64,000 nt of DNA from the human T2T-CHM13v2.0 reference genome, Homo sapiens (GCF_009914755.1 NC_060932.1), one strand, 5' to 3'; positions 14,671 to 29,719 are shown, counted from the first letter of the stretch. The notes: generated by a model from the sequence alone, not told the origin. Numbers and translations are program-made.

Positions 14671-16627
14671 ATTTAGGTAAAGAGTCTAAGAACTTGCCAG
14701 TATACAGACTGCCTCACAGAGCAGGAGACTCCACAGATCCCTCCTGGCCCTGTCTTCCCCAGTGAGGGATCCATCACTCACAGAAAAGTGCTGGGGGATG
14801 GGGTAGGGGAGACTCCCTCATCAGGCCTCCAGAGGCATATCCTTCCTTTCTGTTCTCACAAGGTTGTTGTATATCCTGCCCATCCAAACATTTTGGAGAA
14901 TCTGGATGCATTTCTGCTAACTAAACAGATACAAGTAACCCCAGTAACATTCAAAATAATCCCAGCAATGTTGCTGTGTGTTTGCTCTGGCAGTGGGTAA
15001 GTCAAAAGGCAGTTTTACAGGCTGTTGCCTAGTGAGACCAGGACTTCGAGTCTGCCTGAAGTCTGTTTCTGCAGACATTCTGACTGCCCGTCAAATAACT
15101 CTAATAAACCCTTTCTCATGTCTCACTTCCAATGAGGATGAAATGTTTGCAAAATAAAAAGCTGAACTTCCTTATGATCATGCCCAGGAACATAGTACAA
15201 TTCATTGCTATTAGTTTTCCAAGTAGAGGTGCAATCACCAGTTTCCTAAAGTGGTTCCTAATTATTAGCACACATTGTTTCTGTGTAAAGCCCATAAACA
15301 GGTTTGTACTCTGAGAAATTTACCTTTTTTGTCTTATTTTTCTGCTTTTGTCTTTTTAAAAAAGTAATCACACTTTTCCTTTGTGATAGGGTCACAAAGA
15401 GACTCTAGCACAACTAGGATCAATTGTCATACCAATCAAAAATATTAATTTAGGTTTCATGTGGAAGCTAAGCTTCTCAGGTGCATAGGTTACATTCATT
15501 TATATGTAGTTTTACTTCACCTCCCATCTAAAATCTCCGAAGTACTTGTGGTGTAGCCCTTTTATCTTTATAATACACCTGTAAAATGGAGAGAAAGCCA
15601 GTCATAATGAGCCCATTTTAGGGATGGATGTGAAATACGGGAACAGAGTTCACGTTTTCATGAGGCCTCTCTAATGGGTATGAGAGTAGTCTTGAGTAGG
15701 AAAGTATCCATATAGTAAATTGGTGAAATGAACACATGGCCATCATATTAACTGCAGAATTAAACACAGGTCATCATATCTTAACAGGAGGATTCAGCCT
15801 GCTCTGTTTGCATTGCCATCTCTTGGTACTAATGGGAATTTTCCACATGTTTAAATCAAAAGGAAAAATAAAATGGGGTGCTCCATTTCCAAAGAGAGGA
15901 CTTCTCCATTCTTGCATGATAATGAGGATGCTTTCAAGAGACACTCAGTCTCTGATATTATTCAACAGCTGTTTTTTGAAATGTGAGTTTTGCTGACCTT
16001 GCTCTTCAGTCCCCATGTGCCGGCCAACATACAACATGATAGACCAGGTCAGTCTATTATGTTTCTGATTCTGGACTAGCTGTCACTCTCAGCCCTGGGT
16101 ATCTTAAGAAGGATGGCAAGGGAAAACTGAAAAAGCCTGTGGTGTGTTCTTTTATGGAATCTTTTCTTCATACATTTTATTTCAAGAGCCAATTAGAGAT
16201 TTTCATACTTTTTCCATCTTTAAGAAAAGGCAATTATTTGCTTTTTAAATTCACAATAGTGAAAGAAGACATGTCACCTATACTTCCTGTACATATTTTT
16301 TTGAGAACAAACACTTGTCTCATAGTGATGAAATCATTACGCATAGTAACTTAAATACTATGCTTTCAGAAGGAAGGTAATCGGAATCAACTAAAATTGG
16401 AGCGGTGTTTGGCAGGTGAAGACTCTTTTAAATACAGTAAGAATTTCCTGAATGAGAACTTAATGCCTACAGAAGTATCTGGCACAAATTAATATGCACT
16501 TTTCCTAAATGAAAGACAACTAGAAGAGGGGACTATATGATCTATATTTTTCAATTTTTATTATTACTTTTTTTATGTGTAGTTGTTTGCCCTCTAACAA
16601 GATAAGGATTAAGATTTAACATAATTT

Positions 16628-16926
16628 GGCAAGGCTTGGTGGCTCACACCTGTAATCCTAGTGCCTTAGGAGGCCAGGGAGGGAGGAATGCTTGAGGCCA
16701 GGAATTTGAGCCAGCCTAGGCAACATACTGAGACCTCATCTCTATAAAAAAAAATAAAAAATTAGAGTGTATGATGACATGCACCTACAGTCCTAGCTAC
16801 TCAGGAAGCTGAGCTGAGCTGGGAGGATTGTTCAAGCCCAGATGTTGGAGGTGATAGTGAGCCGTGATCCTGCCACTGCACTCCAGCCTGGGTGATAAAG
16901 CAATACCCTGTCTCTTTAAAAAAAAA
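16628..16926 (+). mobile_element. AluJ
   Basis: Diverged Alu dimer with A tail; small internal gctgag duplication. Confidence 0.88.
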
Positions 16927-17860
16927 GTGACATAAATTATCCTGAGACTAGCCTCAGTCACAGTATGAAGAGTAGATGAAAAGAACTAAAATAAACTCTT
17001 TATTCATATTGAAACTTAGTTAAGACTTTGGTAAAAGCAACTGAAGCCAAATAAGTTATACCTACATTGGTTCATTTCATTTTTCTAACATTTGTTAAGT
17101 CTTCTGTAGGCCAGATTCAGGAAAAGATGCTACAGATACCATAGTTAAGTATATCTTTCCCACACTGAATTGTGTACCCAAAGCAAACCTCAACAGTAAG
17201 GGAAAATGAATATTGTTCGGATATGATTGGATTCTGTGTAGGAGAGAAATAAATAGAAATCCAAGAATGATGGTGAATGAGATCCCAGGACCATGTCCAC
17301 TCAAAGGCCTGTGCAACAGCACAAGAGGGTGGGTAGCCCTATGTGGAACCAAGGGGCAGGGCGACCAGGAAAGGACATCTCAAAAAGAAGGTGGAACTGA
17401 CAGGTTGCCTGATTTATTTGCTCATATTGAGTGGTTTACAGTTCTTTAGGAGATTTGGTATAAAAATTGCCTTCACCAAAAATTAATTCAATTGTTAACT
17501 ATAGGGAAAAAAAGTTGTCAAGATAGAAGAGTAATCATAGCATATTGCTTTCATATTTTGAAAGCAAACAATGGCAAATAGTCATAATATGGTGAATTTA
17601 ATCAAACGTAATATATTTATTACATTGGCAGGATGATTATAGAAAATATGTTTCTGCGGGGTACTGTAATATTAAATCTTAATCCTTAATATGGGAAACA
17701 GATAATTACTAATATCTGAAAGCCAATTAATAACTATAAACACATATTACCTTAATTTTAAAATATTGATATAAATTCTGGAAGATAAAACTCAAGAGTA
17801 GGGAGCAGTGGGAGAAAAGAACTACTTATTTTCATTAGAAGTCACATAAAGTATTTTGAC

Positions 17861-18139
17861 TTCTTTTTTCTTTTTTTAAGACAAGGTCTTGCTGTGTCAT
17901 CCAGGCTGAAGAGCAGTGGTGTGATCTCAGCTCACTGCAACCTCTGCCTCTTGAGCTCAAGCAATCCTTCCACCTATAGGCATGCACCCCCATGCCTGGC
18001 TATTTTTTTTTTAAATTTTTTGTAGTGATGAGGTCTCATTTATTGCCCAGTCTGGTCTTAAACTCCTGCCCATAAGCGATCGTCCTGCCTCAGACCCCCA
18101 AAGTATTGGGATTACAGCCATGAGCCACTGTGCCTGGCC
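17861..18139 (-). mobile_element. AluJ with internal deletion of about 23 nt
   Basis: Reverse Alu; cacct joined to ataggc, lacking cagcctcccgagtagctgggact. Confidence 0.88.
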
Positions 18140-19459
18140 TATTTCACTTTTTAAATAATGTACAAGCACATGGTCCATTTCATTTATTTGAAAAATATTT
18201 AAGATGTGTCCTATTGGTCTTCATAAAATTTTAATTTTTTTTTAATGAAAGCAAAAAGAGTGATTTCTGCTAATTGCGAAACCCCAGTTTCTGCTTACAC
18301 TTTAATTCCTACTTTGTATGTAACAACGTTAAACCCAAGCTAGGCCAAATATTTTCCTGCTCTCAAGGTTTCTTGGTTGCACAAAATGAAGGGTTCATTC
18401 ATGCCCTGTCCTTGAACTTTTCATATCCTGATCAGATTGTGATTCATCCACTCAGGATTGTGGCATGAAAGTAAACAGCCCTTCAAGAAATCATGTACCC
18501 ATAATAATGGAACTCAGAATAATGTAACCCAAAATAATGTAGCTTGTGGTCAAAACTACTTTTTGCTTTCTTGATATGATGTTACGTAGACTGGGTATCT
18601 CACAGTCAGATTCTGGAGTTTGAAGGGATGATATAAAGCTGTCTGGAGTAACTCCACATGAGCAAGAAGATTTGATGGTAAGAATCACAGACATCTCCCA
18701 TTATTACAGTCCTGCCTTGAGAAAGGTAATCTAGCAGGATGACGCAGTGGAAGATTAAGGTAAAAATTCCTGATTTCAAATCACAATTATATTTTTCAAA
18801 ATCTAAATTCCCTGAAAACGCAGAGATGTTTTTCACAGTTGTAATTTTAAGTGTCATGTCTTTTGAATTCGGATCTATTTACATTGTCTATGAAGTAGAC
18901 TATGATTTTTAAAATATGGCTAAGTCCAGCTATACAAAGAAAAGAATGTTTTCTTTGAAATCAATTTTTTAGAAAATTGTTAGTTTTCTTCAGTCATTTA
19001 AACGTAACTCTCTGTCCTCTTCTTCCTCTTCCTCCTCCTCTCCTCTCTCTCTCTCTTTCTAATAGTTCTCTGAAATGTAACTTCAGCCCATTAGAGAACA
19101 TCCCTTTTCTTGGTTTCTTTCTATTTATAAGACAGCTTTTTTAGAGATAAGAAATTCGATTAGATTTGGGCCCAATCAAAGCCTAGAACTATAAGTTGTT
19201 TAATAGAGACATTCACAAAACATAGATTAGGGTTAAGAAATTTCCCAAAGGCACAAGGATCTCACATTTCTGGAAGCTGTGTATATATGAATATGACTAA
19301 TGAGCAGAATTTTTTCCTGTGTTGATATTCATCTCCTCATTTGATACGAAGGCAAAGTCTACTAAACACTATTTTACAGCTGCCAAAAGCTTCTAATCAT
19401 TCAATCTCGTTTCAATTTTAGGGCAGCAGGATTGTGGCTGTATGATGTATCTCACTGCC

Positions 19460-19481
19460 AAACAAGAAAAAAAAATAAAGC

Positions 19482-19512
<31 letters not shown>
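19460..19512 (+). repeat. A-rich low-complexity tract
   Basis: aaacaagaaaaaaaaataaagcaaaa...gaaaaaaaaaaac. Confidence 0.8.
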
Positions 19513-21193
19513 CAGCATCTACAACATTTGAGAACTCATAGGTCCACAGGGATGGGGTGTCTGATCAGATCTTTGCCAACTGTTTAAGTGGATGGCCTGC
19601 AAGGACATAATTATCTTTCTCTTGGTGAGAATACATAGAGCCTTCATTTAGCCTTCATTAGACATTGAGTCATATTCTACAATTTGTAATATTTTATGAC
19701 AGTCATCAAGTATGACTATGTTAGCCATCAGTCATAAATACAATATAATATGTATTCTGTATCATCTCATGGATAGAAAGAAAAGGATAAACTGAGCCTC
19801 AAATTCTTGGGCTGTGTTCACAGGACCTGTGCAAAAATACGGCTTTTTCAAAGTAGCTTGGGAAAATAGGAGTGTAGGACATCTTAATAGATTGACCTTG
19901 AAAACAATATATTTATTTCAAACTCCAGGTTCAAAGATCCCAATTGCAAGTGCTGTCTTAAGATTGTTATAATCCTAAATAAAAAGGGCTGGCACAATTA
20001 TAGCTCCTTATTTCTCCAGGTTCTTGCTTAGGTATGGATGGTGGTACCATCTCACTATTGAATACCCTGAAAATTCTCTCAAACACTCCAAGACATTTGG
20101 TTATGAACAGGGAGCTAAAATCTCTCTTAAAGAGCATTGCCATTAGTCAGTTGATACTTATAGTGTGAGACTTGGAACCTCCCCCTCCCTCTCTGACCTG
20201 AGGAATAACTTTTTCCCTGCGTGAGATTCTGCACCTCCACCTAGAGTTTATCTTACACTCCCTGATCTATGAAAGCAGCAAATCTTAATCCAGTATTCAC
20301 ACATTCATACGATCAGAATTAACTGGGGTGCTGCTGCCTGTCACCTCATTTTATAGCTGTGAAATTAGCCACATTATCTGTGGGACATGGGTGTTAAAGC
20401 AGTGGTTCAATCCCAGGCCTTGGGATCAAGAGCTTTTTTCCTCTTTTACAGTACCTTTTTTCTTTGCCCATATTTTACTTACAGTATATCTGGTATCATA
20501 TTCTTGAGGTTTTCAGGACTCTGATTGCAAACAAATAGCAACAACATGATACAATTTTTTTTAGAGGTTTTTCTGTCCTCTCTCTTACCCAAGTCTGAAC
20601 CCTGAGACAAACCATAGTCATATATCTAAGTTTACACTCAGGCTTTAAGTAGGGGGTTAATTTTTTCTCTGATAAACCGAGTTGCACTGGCCATGGGTGC
20701 TTTTCTGAAGCCTGCGAAATCCGAATCAGGGCAGCCTACCCATCAAATCAATCTGGAGATGGGGCAGATCAGCAGATTGCTTTCCTAGCTGGGTTCCTGG
20801 CTAATCTTAAGGCTTTTGCTAAATTTAATTAGCACATACTGCAAAGATTACTAGGAAGTATTGTTTTGTGGCCCGGTACAGATTTAATTTTGATGAGACT
20901 TTAAGCTCCTAGAAGACATTTTAATGATGTCCTAAGCACACAGTAAGATGCAATTTTGTGATAATTACAAAATACATTTCCCCTTCTTTTTAGTTACAAG
21001 ATTGTTTTTCCCTTCTCCCCAACCCACCCCAGATAGAGTAAAGCAAACAGGTCTTTTGTTGAACAGTGTTAATGCCCACGGAGCAGGCTTAGAAACATGC
21101 TAGGAAGACATCCTTAACAAAAGGGACAGGCCAGCTTCTGGTCACCCTGCTGTTTCTTGTCTATAGGAGAAGTGAGAGTTACTCTCCCTGATT

Positions 21194-21410
21194 CATGGCT
21201 TCTCAGCCTCGGCACTGTTGGCATTTTGGTCCAGAGAAGTCTTTGTTGTGGGGGGGCTGTCCTGTGCATGGTAGATGTTTAGTGGGATCCGTGGCCTCCA
21301 CCCAATAGGCACCACTTAGTCCTGCTTTCCAATTGTGACAGCCAAATATGTCTCCAGACATTGCCAGATGTTCCCTGGAGGAAAAAGTCGCCCTTGGTTG
21401 AGAACCACCA
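21194..21410. mobile_element. MER20 hAT DNA transposon
   Basis: ttctcagcctcggcactgttggcattttgg...ggctgtcctgtgcat...tgtctccagacattgccagatg...ttggttgagaaccac. Confidence 0.9.
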
Positions 21411-21484
21411 CCCTAATTCTGTCCTCATCTCGCCTCTCCTCCTTTTTGCAGCCCATCTCTGTTTTAAAAGCTCTGCAATTGAGA

Positions 21485-21792
21485 TTTTTTTGGTGATCTC
21501 GGCTTACTGCAACCTCTGCCTCCTGGGTTCAAGCATTTCCCCTGTCTCAGCCTCCTGAGTAGCTGGGACTACAGGCACATGCCACCACCCCCAGCTAATT
21601 TTTGTATTTTTAGTAGAGATGGGGTTTCACCATATTAGTATTTTTAGTAGAGACAGGGTTTATATTGTATTTTTAGCAGAGACAGCGTTCCACCATATTA
21701 GTCCGGCTGATCTCGAACTCCTGACCTTAAATGATCCACCCACCTGGGCCTCCCAAAGTGCTGGGATTACAGGTGTGAGCCACTGGCCTGGG
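21485..21792 (-). mobile_element. Rearranged Alu (internal triplication, 3' deletion)
   Basis: Reverse Alu bounded by TSD ctgca(a/g)ttgagattt (21473-21487 / 21793-21807). Confidence 0.88.
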
Positions 21793-23631
21793 CTGCAGTT
21801 GAGATTTAAAAATCAGATCAGTCCTTGCATGACTTCAGAGTCACTTAGTGGCTTCTAAATGTCTAAAAAATGTTTTAGGATGCTAATGGTTCAGGAAGGA
21901 CAATGGAGTAGGCGATGAAATCTGGAGAGGTTGTTTTACCATTTTAATTAAGCCCTATCAACAAAACTAGAGGTATGATTAAAAAATAAATCCCTGCTCT
22001 TCATCAGTCTCAGGGCCTGAGAGCTTCATTATCCTCCAAGCTGAGATGAAGCCCCCCATTTTCCCCATAATACTTACACCTACACAAAACAAGTAGAGAA
22101 CAATAAAGCTGTTGGGGATATTGAGCCATCGGCTATGTTTCTCACCAGCTTAATTCTTCACTCCTGCCACAGTTTCACTATGCACATTTCACATTTGTCC
22201 TCCTACAAAATTCTAAATCATCATGTATTGCGGACATTTGTAATTGCTAACAAATAGTAATAGTCAAAAGTCCAGGCTCTACTGGGTTAAAATTAAGGCT
22301 TATATAGAGTTAGGGTTTTTGATCTCCTGATCCTTTTTCAGTAAGTGGGAAGGGAGGGTTGAGACAGAAGTGGTTAACAGAGAAATGGGTAACAGGAATC
22401 CCATAGGACAATTGTATACCTGTTGGTGGCCATGCTTTGAGCACTTAAAGCCCTTTTTTCTTATTAACACAGCTGATGTCACAAGTCTATCCACAGGGGA
22501 CCAAGATGTTTGCCTTTGCTGTAGCTTAGTCGATTTCTGCTGATTCAACATTTTCCCTGTCCTCTATTCCTCCAGTTATTTATAAGACCCTGAGAATTAA
22601 AGTTCATCGTAGTCCCAGAATGAAAAGCTTCTCATCACCTTTAGTTCCTGCATCCACAATCTAGCACCATTTTGATCAGTTTTAAAGATCTCTGGGCTGA
22701 TTATATCAGACTGAAAATAACTGAGGGAACACTCAGAGTGCTCACTTTGTAACCATCATGCAGGTTGTCTGCAGCTCACAAGCCTGTCTTGCCTTCATTG
22801 ATATAGAACACCTTGGATTATATTTTAAAAATGTATAACATTTTCTCCTTTCATGTGAAAGTTCTTTTCTGATCATCTTAAAGAGTTGTGGCTCATCACA
22901 TTTTTGCCCAATTAGTAGAGAGACCACATGAAATCACTAAAAGAGTTAGATGTTTATGTCTAGGATTTTCATTGACATAGACACATATCAAAAAGTGAGA
23001 CTTGGAGCACTCGGACAATGGTAGAATTCTGATATTGATTCTTTTATAATATAGCTGATATAATCATGTCTAGGGACTCTAAATAAAGGTCTTTGTCTTC
23101 GTATACCACTGATCTGATTTGAGCAATCTAACAATCCAGACAATCATAGCGACTTTTGGGCAGGGCGGTTGCAATGTCCTTTAGCTGTGCTTAATGCTTC
23201 CTACTCTGGCACAGTGAGAGTTCACACACGCAGATTACAACATGTCCATCTACCCACTCCATCTTTCTGCACTGGTCTGATTTAGCTGTCTTCATATGTG
23301 TCTCTTTCAGGTACCTTGGAAACCTCAGACAAGCTTCCCTGAACTAGATGCACAGGGGAATTACTTTCAAATGGGTGACAGATCCCTAATTTGGGCATTA
23401 TTTACTGTTTTGCAGGAAGCTGAAGCAGCAGCCTGGTTGCTCTGATTAATTAATTATTGAATCCATTGGCGTGCATTGTGTTCTATTAGAAAGAAGCAGA
23501 CAAGCTGCCCAGCTTGCAATTTTAGCCTCTGGAAAATCTTTTAGCAAAATAATGCAATAAAGCTAAAGAAAAACTGCATACAAATAATAAGATTACTTGA
23601 ACCCACTTGCAACATTTTTCTATCGTATATA

Positions 23632-23642
23632 TGTGTGTGTGC

Positions 23643-23670
<28 letters not shown>
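23632..23670. repeat. (TG)n microsatellite, interrupted
   Basis: tgtgtgtgtgctgtgtgtg... Confidence 0.95.
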
Positions 23671-23673
<3 letters not shown>

Positions 23674-24033
23674 TCTCTCTTGTTTCTAGTACTCCAACCC
23701 TTCTTCCCAGCTTATGTAATCTAAGTGAAGTGTTTTTCCTGGGTGGAAAATTGAGACTCACTTTCCTGCTGTAGCATTATGCAAAGGTCTTTGAACTAGG
23801 CTGCTTTCAAGTAGATATAGGCATTTTTCAGAGAATATAAAATGGCAGGGCAAAGGAATTTTGCTATTATCTTGAGGGTATTGTTCTCTTTCCTGCCATT
23901 CTAGACACTTGCTGGTCAAGGTCCAGATGGATGAGACATATATGTCAAAGAATGATAAAACCTAAACTTGCACCCTTTCTCTTGAGCTCCTGGTCCTTGA
24001 TAGGAGTGAAGTCTGTGTGTGTTCCTTTAGATT

Positions 24034-24051
24034 ACACACACACACACACAC
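24034..24051. repeat. (CA)n microsatellite
   Basis: acacacacacacacacac. Confidence 0.9.
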
Positions 24052-25501
24052 TCCTTTACTCAAAAGATTATGCAAAGGATTCCCACATTAAACTAATATT
24101 TCTATCTGTTAAGTTCAGCAGAGACTGTCAACCCAGGAAGTGATGTAAATGATGCGAAAATAATCAACCAAAGAAATGGATTAGAATAATATCAATTAAG
24201 CAATGTTTTTATATAATGTAGCTCATTGGCATGCAATTTAGTAGATTTAACACTTTCTGAGCACTTATTGTGTTGTCATTTTGCTAGGTTGGAGAAAGGC
24301 AGAGAAAACATAATCTCTGCTTTCAGCTTGCAGATTACTAGGTGATAGGTGAGGTGGAATCAAAGGAGAAAAACACTATGCTTTTTTTCTACAACATTAA
24401 AACATTCTTCATGAAAGTGCTGAGATGGCAGAAATTGTTTGACTCAAGAAAGACGTTTATGGAGTAAAGCACAGGGAGAACATTGAAGAACATTGGAAGG
24501 CAGTCAGGAGCTGATTAAAATCAGCTCATTTTTGCCTGTCCCTATTTCTTTCTGATTTCATCTTTAGTTTGGATATCATTACCAGTACACTGCCTCAACC
24601 CAGTCCTGAAATACCCAGGATTATGGAAACATGGGCTCCTGTGTCATGTTTGATATTTGTCTGTAATGCTCTAGGAAATAAAAACAATTTAAATGACAGA
24701 TGATTTATAGTACTTAAAGCTTAATACTTCTTAATACCTCTCCCTATGCTCCAGACACGGGTATATATAAATGTGTATCTGTAATAAAAAGATAGATAGA
24801 TTCCAAAATTATAGCAATGATTATCCCTAAATGATGGGATCACTGATGATTATTATTTGTCTTTATTTTGTGCCTTTTAATCATAAATATGTTTCCAGTG
24901 AAAAAGAGCAGTATTAATTTTGAAAGAATTTTAAAAGAATAACTCTGACTTAATATATTTAATGTATATTTGCTTAGGTGAAAATGGGATGTCGCTGTTG
25001 ATATACTGTATTTTTCTAGCCTAACAGACTCAATGATTACTTGCTTGTGGTTAGTATTCACCAAGCCTTACCACCTAAAGGTAACACATTTGTTAACCAA
25101 TAATTGTATTTCCTCAAACATAGATACAGCATTGAGTTCAAACACTTATTCCCAGTCCAAATAGGAGGATGATTCATTAGCAGATCTTAATGATGTTTCT
25201 ATCTGTTTGACTTCACCTGCATCTTATAAACAAAACAAAACAAATGTATTCTTTGAAAGAAACTGTTTATCAAAAGAAAATGTCTTGTGTCTGAGCCTTC
25301 CTAGTTAGCTGTAACTCTGAACATAATCACATCTAGTCTCCATTACTTTTACACATAGAGCAGAGCTATTCAACTTGCTGCTGTAATCAAGAATAAGGAC
25401 CACACAAACCAGCAGTGGAAAACAATTTATTTCTTTAGGCTATGGTACATTTATCAAGATGCTTTGTTATTTTAAAAATCCTGATTTGGAGCTCCTGTGT
25501 A

Positions 25502-25503
<2 letters not shown>

Positions 25504-25535
<32 letters not shown>
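25504..25535. repeat. (TG)n microsatellite
   Basis: Pure TG run. Confidence 0.95.
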
Positions 25536-25536
<1 letters not shown>

Positions 25537-26513
25537 TGCTTATGTGGTTGTGTACAATTATGTGTCTTTAGGAACACCCAGAATTATACAAGCATTACAT
25601 TTATTTCTTTTAATTTACTCAGTCTTTTTAATGCATAGTCTTCATGTTAGGGAATAGGAGCTATGCAAGGAGGAGTTTACTGGTTTATAGCATTAGGTTT
25701 CTATGAATATTGTGTAGATTCTAATCTCTGAAATGACTGCTATATAGACAAATGCTCTCTTAGCAGATAACACAAAAATACAATCACCAGTATTCTTATC
25801 TACAATGGTCCTTTGTACGGTTTATCTAATGGCAATGTGCCAGCACTTCCTGGTTAATTATAAATGAAGACAAACTAGAAATAATTATAGGGAGTGGTTT
25901 TGGGCTTCTTTTATCTTTTAATCTAGATGCAAGAAATTTGCTTACATAAGCATGGTAGAAAGCAAGCCTGGGTGTTCCTCTACATTTTTACTTCCCAAGT
26001 TAGCAAGATAAAGTAGTATTCCAAAGACAACTCAGATAATTTGCTGTTCTCATTCCCATGAACTGTAGTCAAGGGATCTAGAGTTTCAGCAATAGTCAGG
26101 TCATTAATTTCTTACTAGAAAATAATTGAAGTCAACTGATGGCTACGCTGCACATCACTTAAAAGTGCACCACATATTCCTATAGGACAATCTGGAGTCC
26201 TCTGCAAACAGTGAATCATAATACAGCACCTGCAGGAAGGAAAACATGAGTGGGTGTTCCAAATAAAACTGGAAGTAAAAAGCCAAATACGCAGCTCATT
26301 TCTATAAAACGTGGTCTTGTATGTCCCATTATACTTATCTTTCTAGTACAAAATTACTATGTAATTATGTGGCCTGAATCCAGAAACAACCGTTTACCTT
26401 GCAGTAGTGTTCATTTTATGATTGTTAACATCATTAAAAAGTGGGACAGAGGTACCTGCTCCCACAATATCCTCACAGGCCTGAATGCTTAAAGAAATTA
26501 AAGCATTATCTCT

Positions 26514-26818
26514 GGCAGTACGTGGTGGCTTATGCCTGTAATCCCAGCACTTTGGGAGGCCAAGGTGGGCAGATCACCTGAGGTCAGGAGTTTGTGACCA
26601 GCCTGGCCAACATGATAAAACACTGTCTCTACTAAAAATACAAAAATTAGCCGGGTATGGTTGCAGGCACCTGCAATCCCAGCTATTCGGGAGGCTGAGG
26701 CTGGAGAATGGCTTGAACTTGGGAAGCAGAGGTTGCAGTGAGCTCACATTGCACCACTGAACTCCAGCCTGGTCAACAGAGTGAGAGTCCGTCTCAAAAA
26801 AAAAAAAAAAAAAAAAAA
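26514..26818 (+). mobile_element. AluSx/Sq-like
   Basis: gatcacctgaggtcaggag, long poly(A). Confidence 0.9.
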
Positions 26819-27679
26819 GGAGAGAGATCTCCAGCTCTTTCTAAAGAAGTCAATAGTGAGATAGTTTGCGAGGAACAAAATTTAAAGTGGCTACTCTTAG
26901 CAATGTACAAGTTGGGGTTCTGATAATGCAGTCACATGTTTGATCAATGGCATTCATTACACCAGGGTATGATATTGTGTCAAGGAAGTTCTTGGACAAG
27001 GTAAACACTGTAGAGCTAATAGATTATAATCTGAAATATCTAACACTGATTTAGGCATCCTTAAAAAGTACAAGCACCTATATAGGGTCTAGTAAGGCAA
27101 TACAATGTCAAGAACAAAAATAATTAGAAGGAGATGGTACTTCACTTTTATTACATACTAAGATTTAGCTTATCTTTGAGATTATGTTCTTAGAAAAAGA
27201 AAAAATTAAAAGATTCCTGTTACATTTCCATGATCACATTTGTGACATTAGATTTCTAGAATCGTTGAAGGAGAATATTTCTGGAATGGAAGAAATTTTT
27301 CAATATAGAGGAACTATTATATGGACTAGGCAAGGGAAGTTGCGTACCTTCAACTCAGACCATGCAGACTGAGATTAAGAAAAGCAGGCAGGAGTGGCAC
27401 TAAGAGATGGCATTGGTTGGCATCTGGAGTTCTACTCAGTTGCCCTGTCCTGATGGGCTTGATCCTGAGCCCTGATAAAAGCTTGGACTCTGGCCAGCAC
27501 ACTGGACTGTGAGATAGCCTGGCTGTAGCCAGCACTGGATGAAGAGTATGTTCATACTGAAGACCTTGAAGATTATCCAATGAGAATTTTACTTGACCTT
27601 CATGTAGAAGTCTGGACTCTAACGATTAATTTGAATGATTGCCTGTGATTGGCCTGAACTTACTGGCTCCTTTTCAATC

Positions 27680-28225
27680 AACACTATGAAGATGGAAACA
27701 TAATAACCTGACCGTGGAGAAACCTGGAAAACACCACCTGAACCAAGTGACCAAGGTTAACATCACCAGTGGTATGTTAATTACATGAACTCCCTGATAC
27801 AATAGGACATGATGATATGAGACATTCTTCTACATATTTGTAAACTTAGTCTAGTCATGGAAAAACATCAGACAAACTCAACTTTAGAGATTTTCTAGAA
27901 AGTACCTGACCAGTGCTCCTCAAGCCTGCCAAGGTTATGAAAAAACTAGGAAATACTTAGAAACAGACATAAAGCAGAAGAGCCTGGAGAAACCCGATGA
28001 CTGAATCTACCGTAGTATTCTCGTCTCCATCCTGGAACAGAAAAAAGACATTGGTGTTACAAATGGTGAAATATGAATGAAGCCTGCAGTTTATTTAATA
28101 ATCATGGGTCAGATGTTAATGTAATATGTTAACATCAGTGGAAACTAGATTGGTATATGAGGGTAGTGTATTGTCTTTGAAACCTTCAGGAAATCCAATT
28201 TTATTCCAAAATAAAAATGTGTATT
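27680..28225 (+). mobile_element. L1MC-type 3' UTR fragment
   Basis: gtggagaaacctgg...caccacctgaaccaagtgaccaaggttaacatcaccagt...catcagacaaac...atcctggaacagaaaaaagacatt...attccaaaataaaa. Confidence 0.8.
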
Positions 28226-28582
28226 GAAACTACAAAAAACAAACAAAAAACAAAAAACAAAAAACAAAACACCCCACAACCACTTAACCTGTATCAGAAA
28301 AATAATTCCATAGCTCCAGGAATATAGAATGGAGAATGGGTGATGACCGAGGCTCTGGCCTGCTCCGTCGTTGACTTGTTGTGAGCCTTGTTGATGTCGT
28401 CTTCCTCCTATTCTTATTTCTTCCTCTCTGAGGTCATATACTGTGGGTGTCAGGAGCCTCCCTTAGCCCTGAAGCAGTTTCTAATATGATAGACTGTACC
28501 AAGCAGGAGTATTTTACTCCTCCTTAATGATCACTACTGTGGATTACAAAGTGGGGAAACATTGCAGAAAGGAACTACTGTC

Positions 28583-29018
<436 letters not shown>

Positions 29019-29719
29019 TAAGAAATAGGCATGTCTCATCTGTCCCATTAAGTCCTTTCAAAGTCTGGTAGTCTTCTTAGTCTGACAGATGTTTGGATCT
29101 GTGGTCATGTGACAGGCTTAGCTTATAGAATGTTCCTTGTCTATCAGAGATGATGGGATATTCATGGGGTCTGGCCCCCATTGTATTGCATGACATAACT
29201 GAGTTGGTGTTGTTTAAAGGAAAGAGCCCTGGGTGGAGAATAAAGACAGGCAATATTTATTTTTCTGATATCTGTGTATTATTAGCTAGGCCATTCTGGG
29301 TGGGACATGTTCCTTGAAAGCAGTATATGTGAATACGGCAGAAATTCCCTGGGGCCAGTCCAGACTGAAAGGTTGTATGTAAATACAGGGAACTAAAGGA
29401 AAAGAAGAAAAAGTGTGGTTCAAGGGAACCAAGATTAGAAGCTAAGAGTCAACATAAAAGATAAAAGGATGAAGGGAATGATGTAAGGAGTAAATGAATA
29501 AAAAGAGAGGTAAACACAGTTGAGAGAACAGAGCTAGCAGCAAAGTGAGAGAGGCCGAGATCAGACAGTTTGGAAAATTGTGGATTCTGAATGGGTGGCC
29601 TGAGCCAGATTGTACTTTAATCACAAATACAAAAGAGTATATGTAATTCATATTTTCAGCTTTAAAAAGAATAAGAAAATTCACAAAACAGTTTAAGAAA
29701 TAAAACCCTGCTGGGTGAA

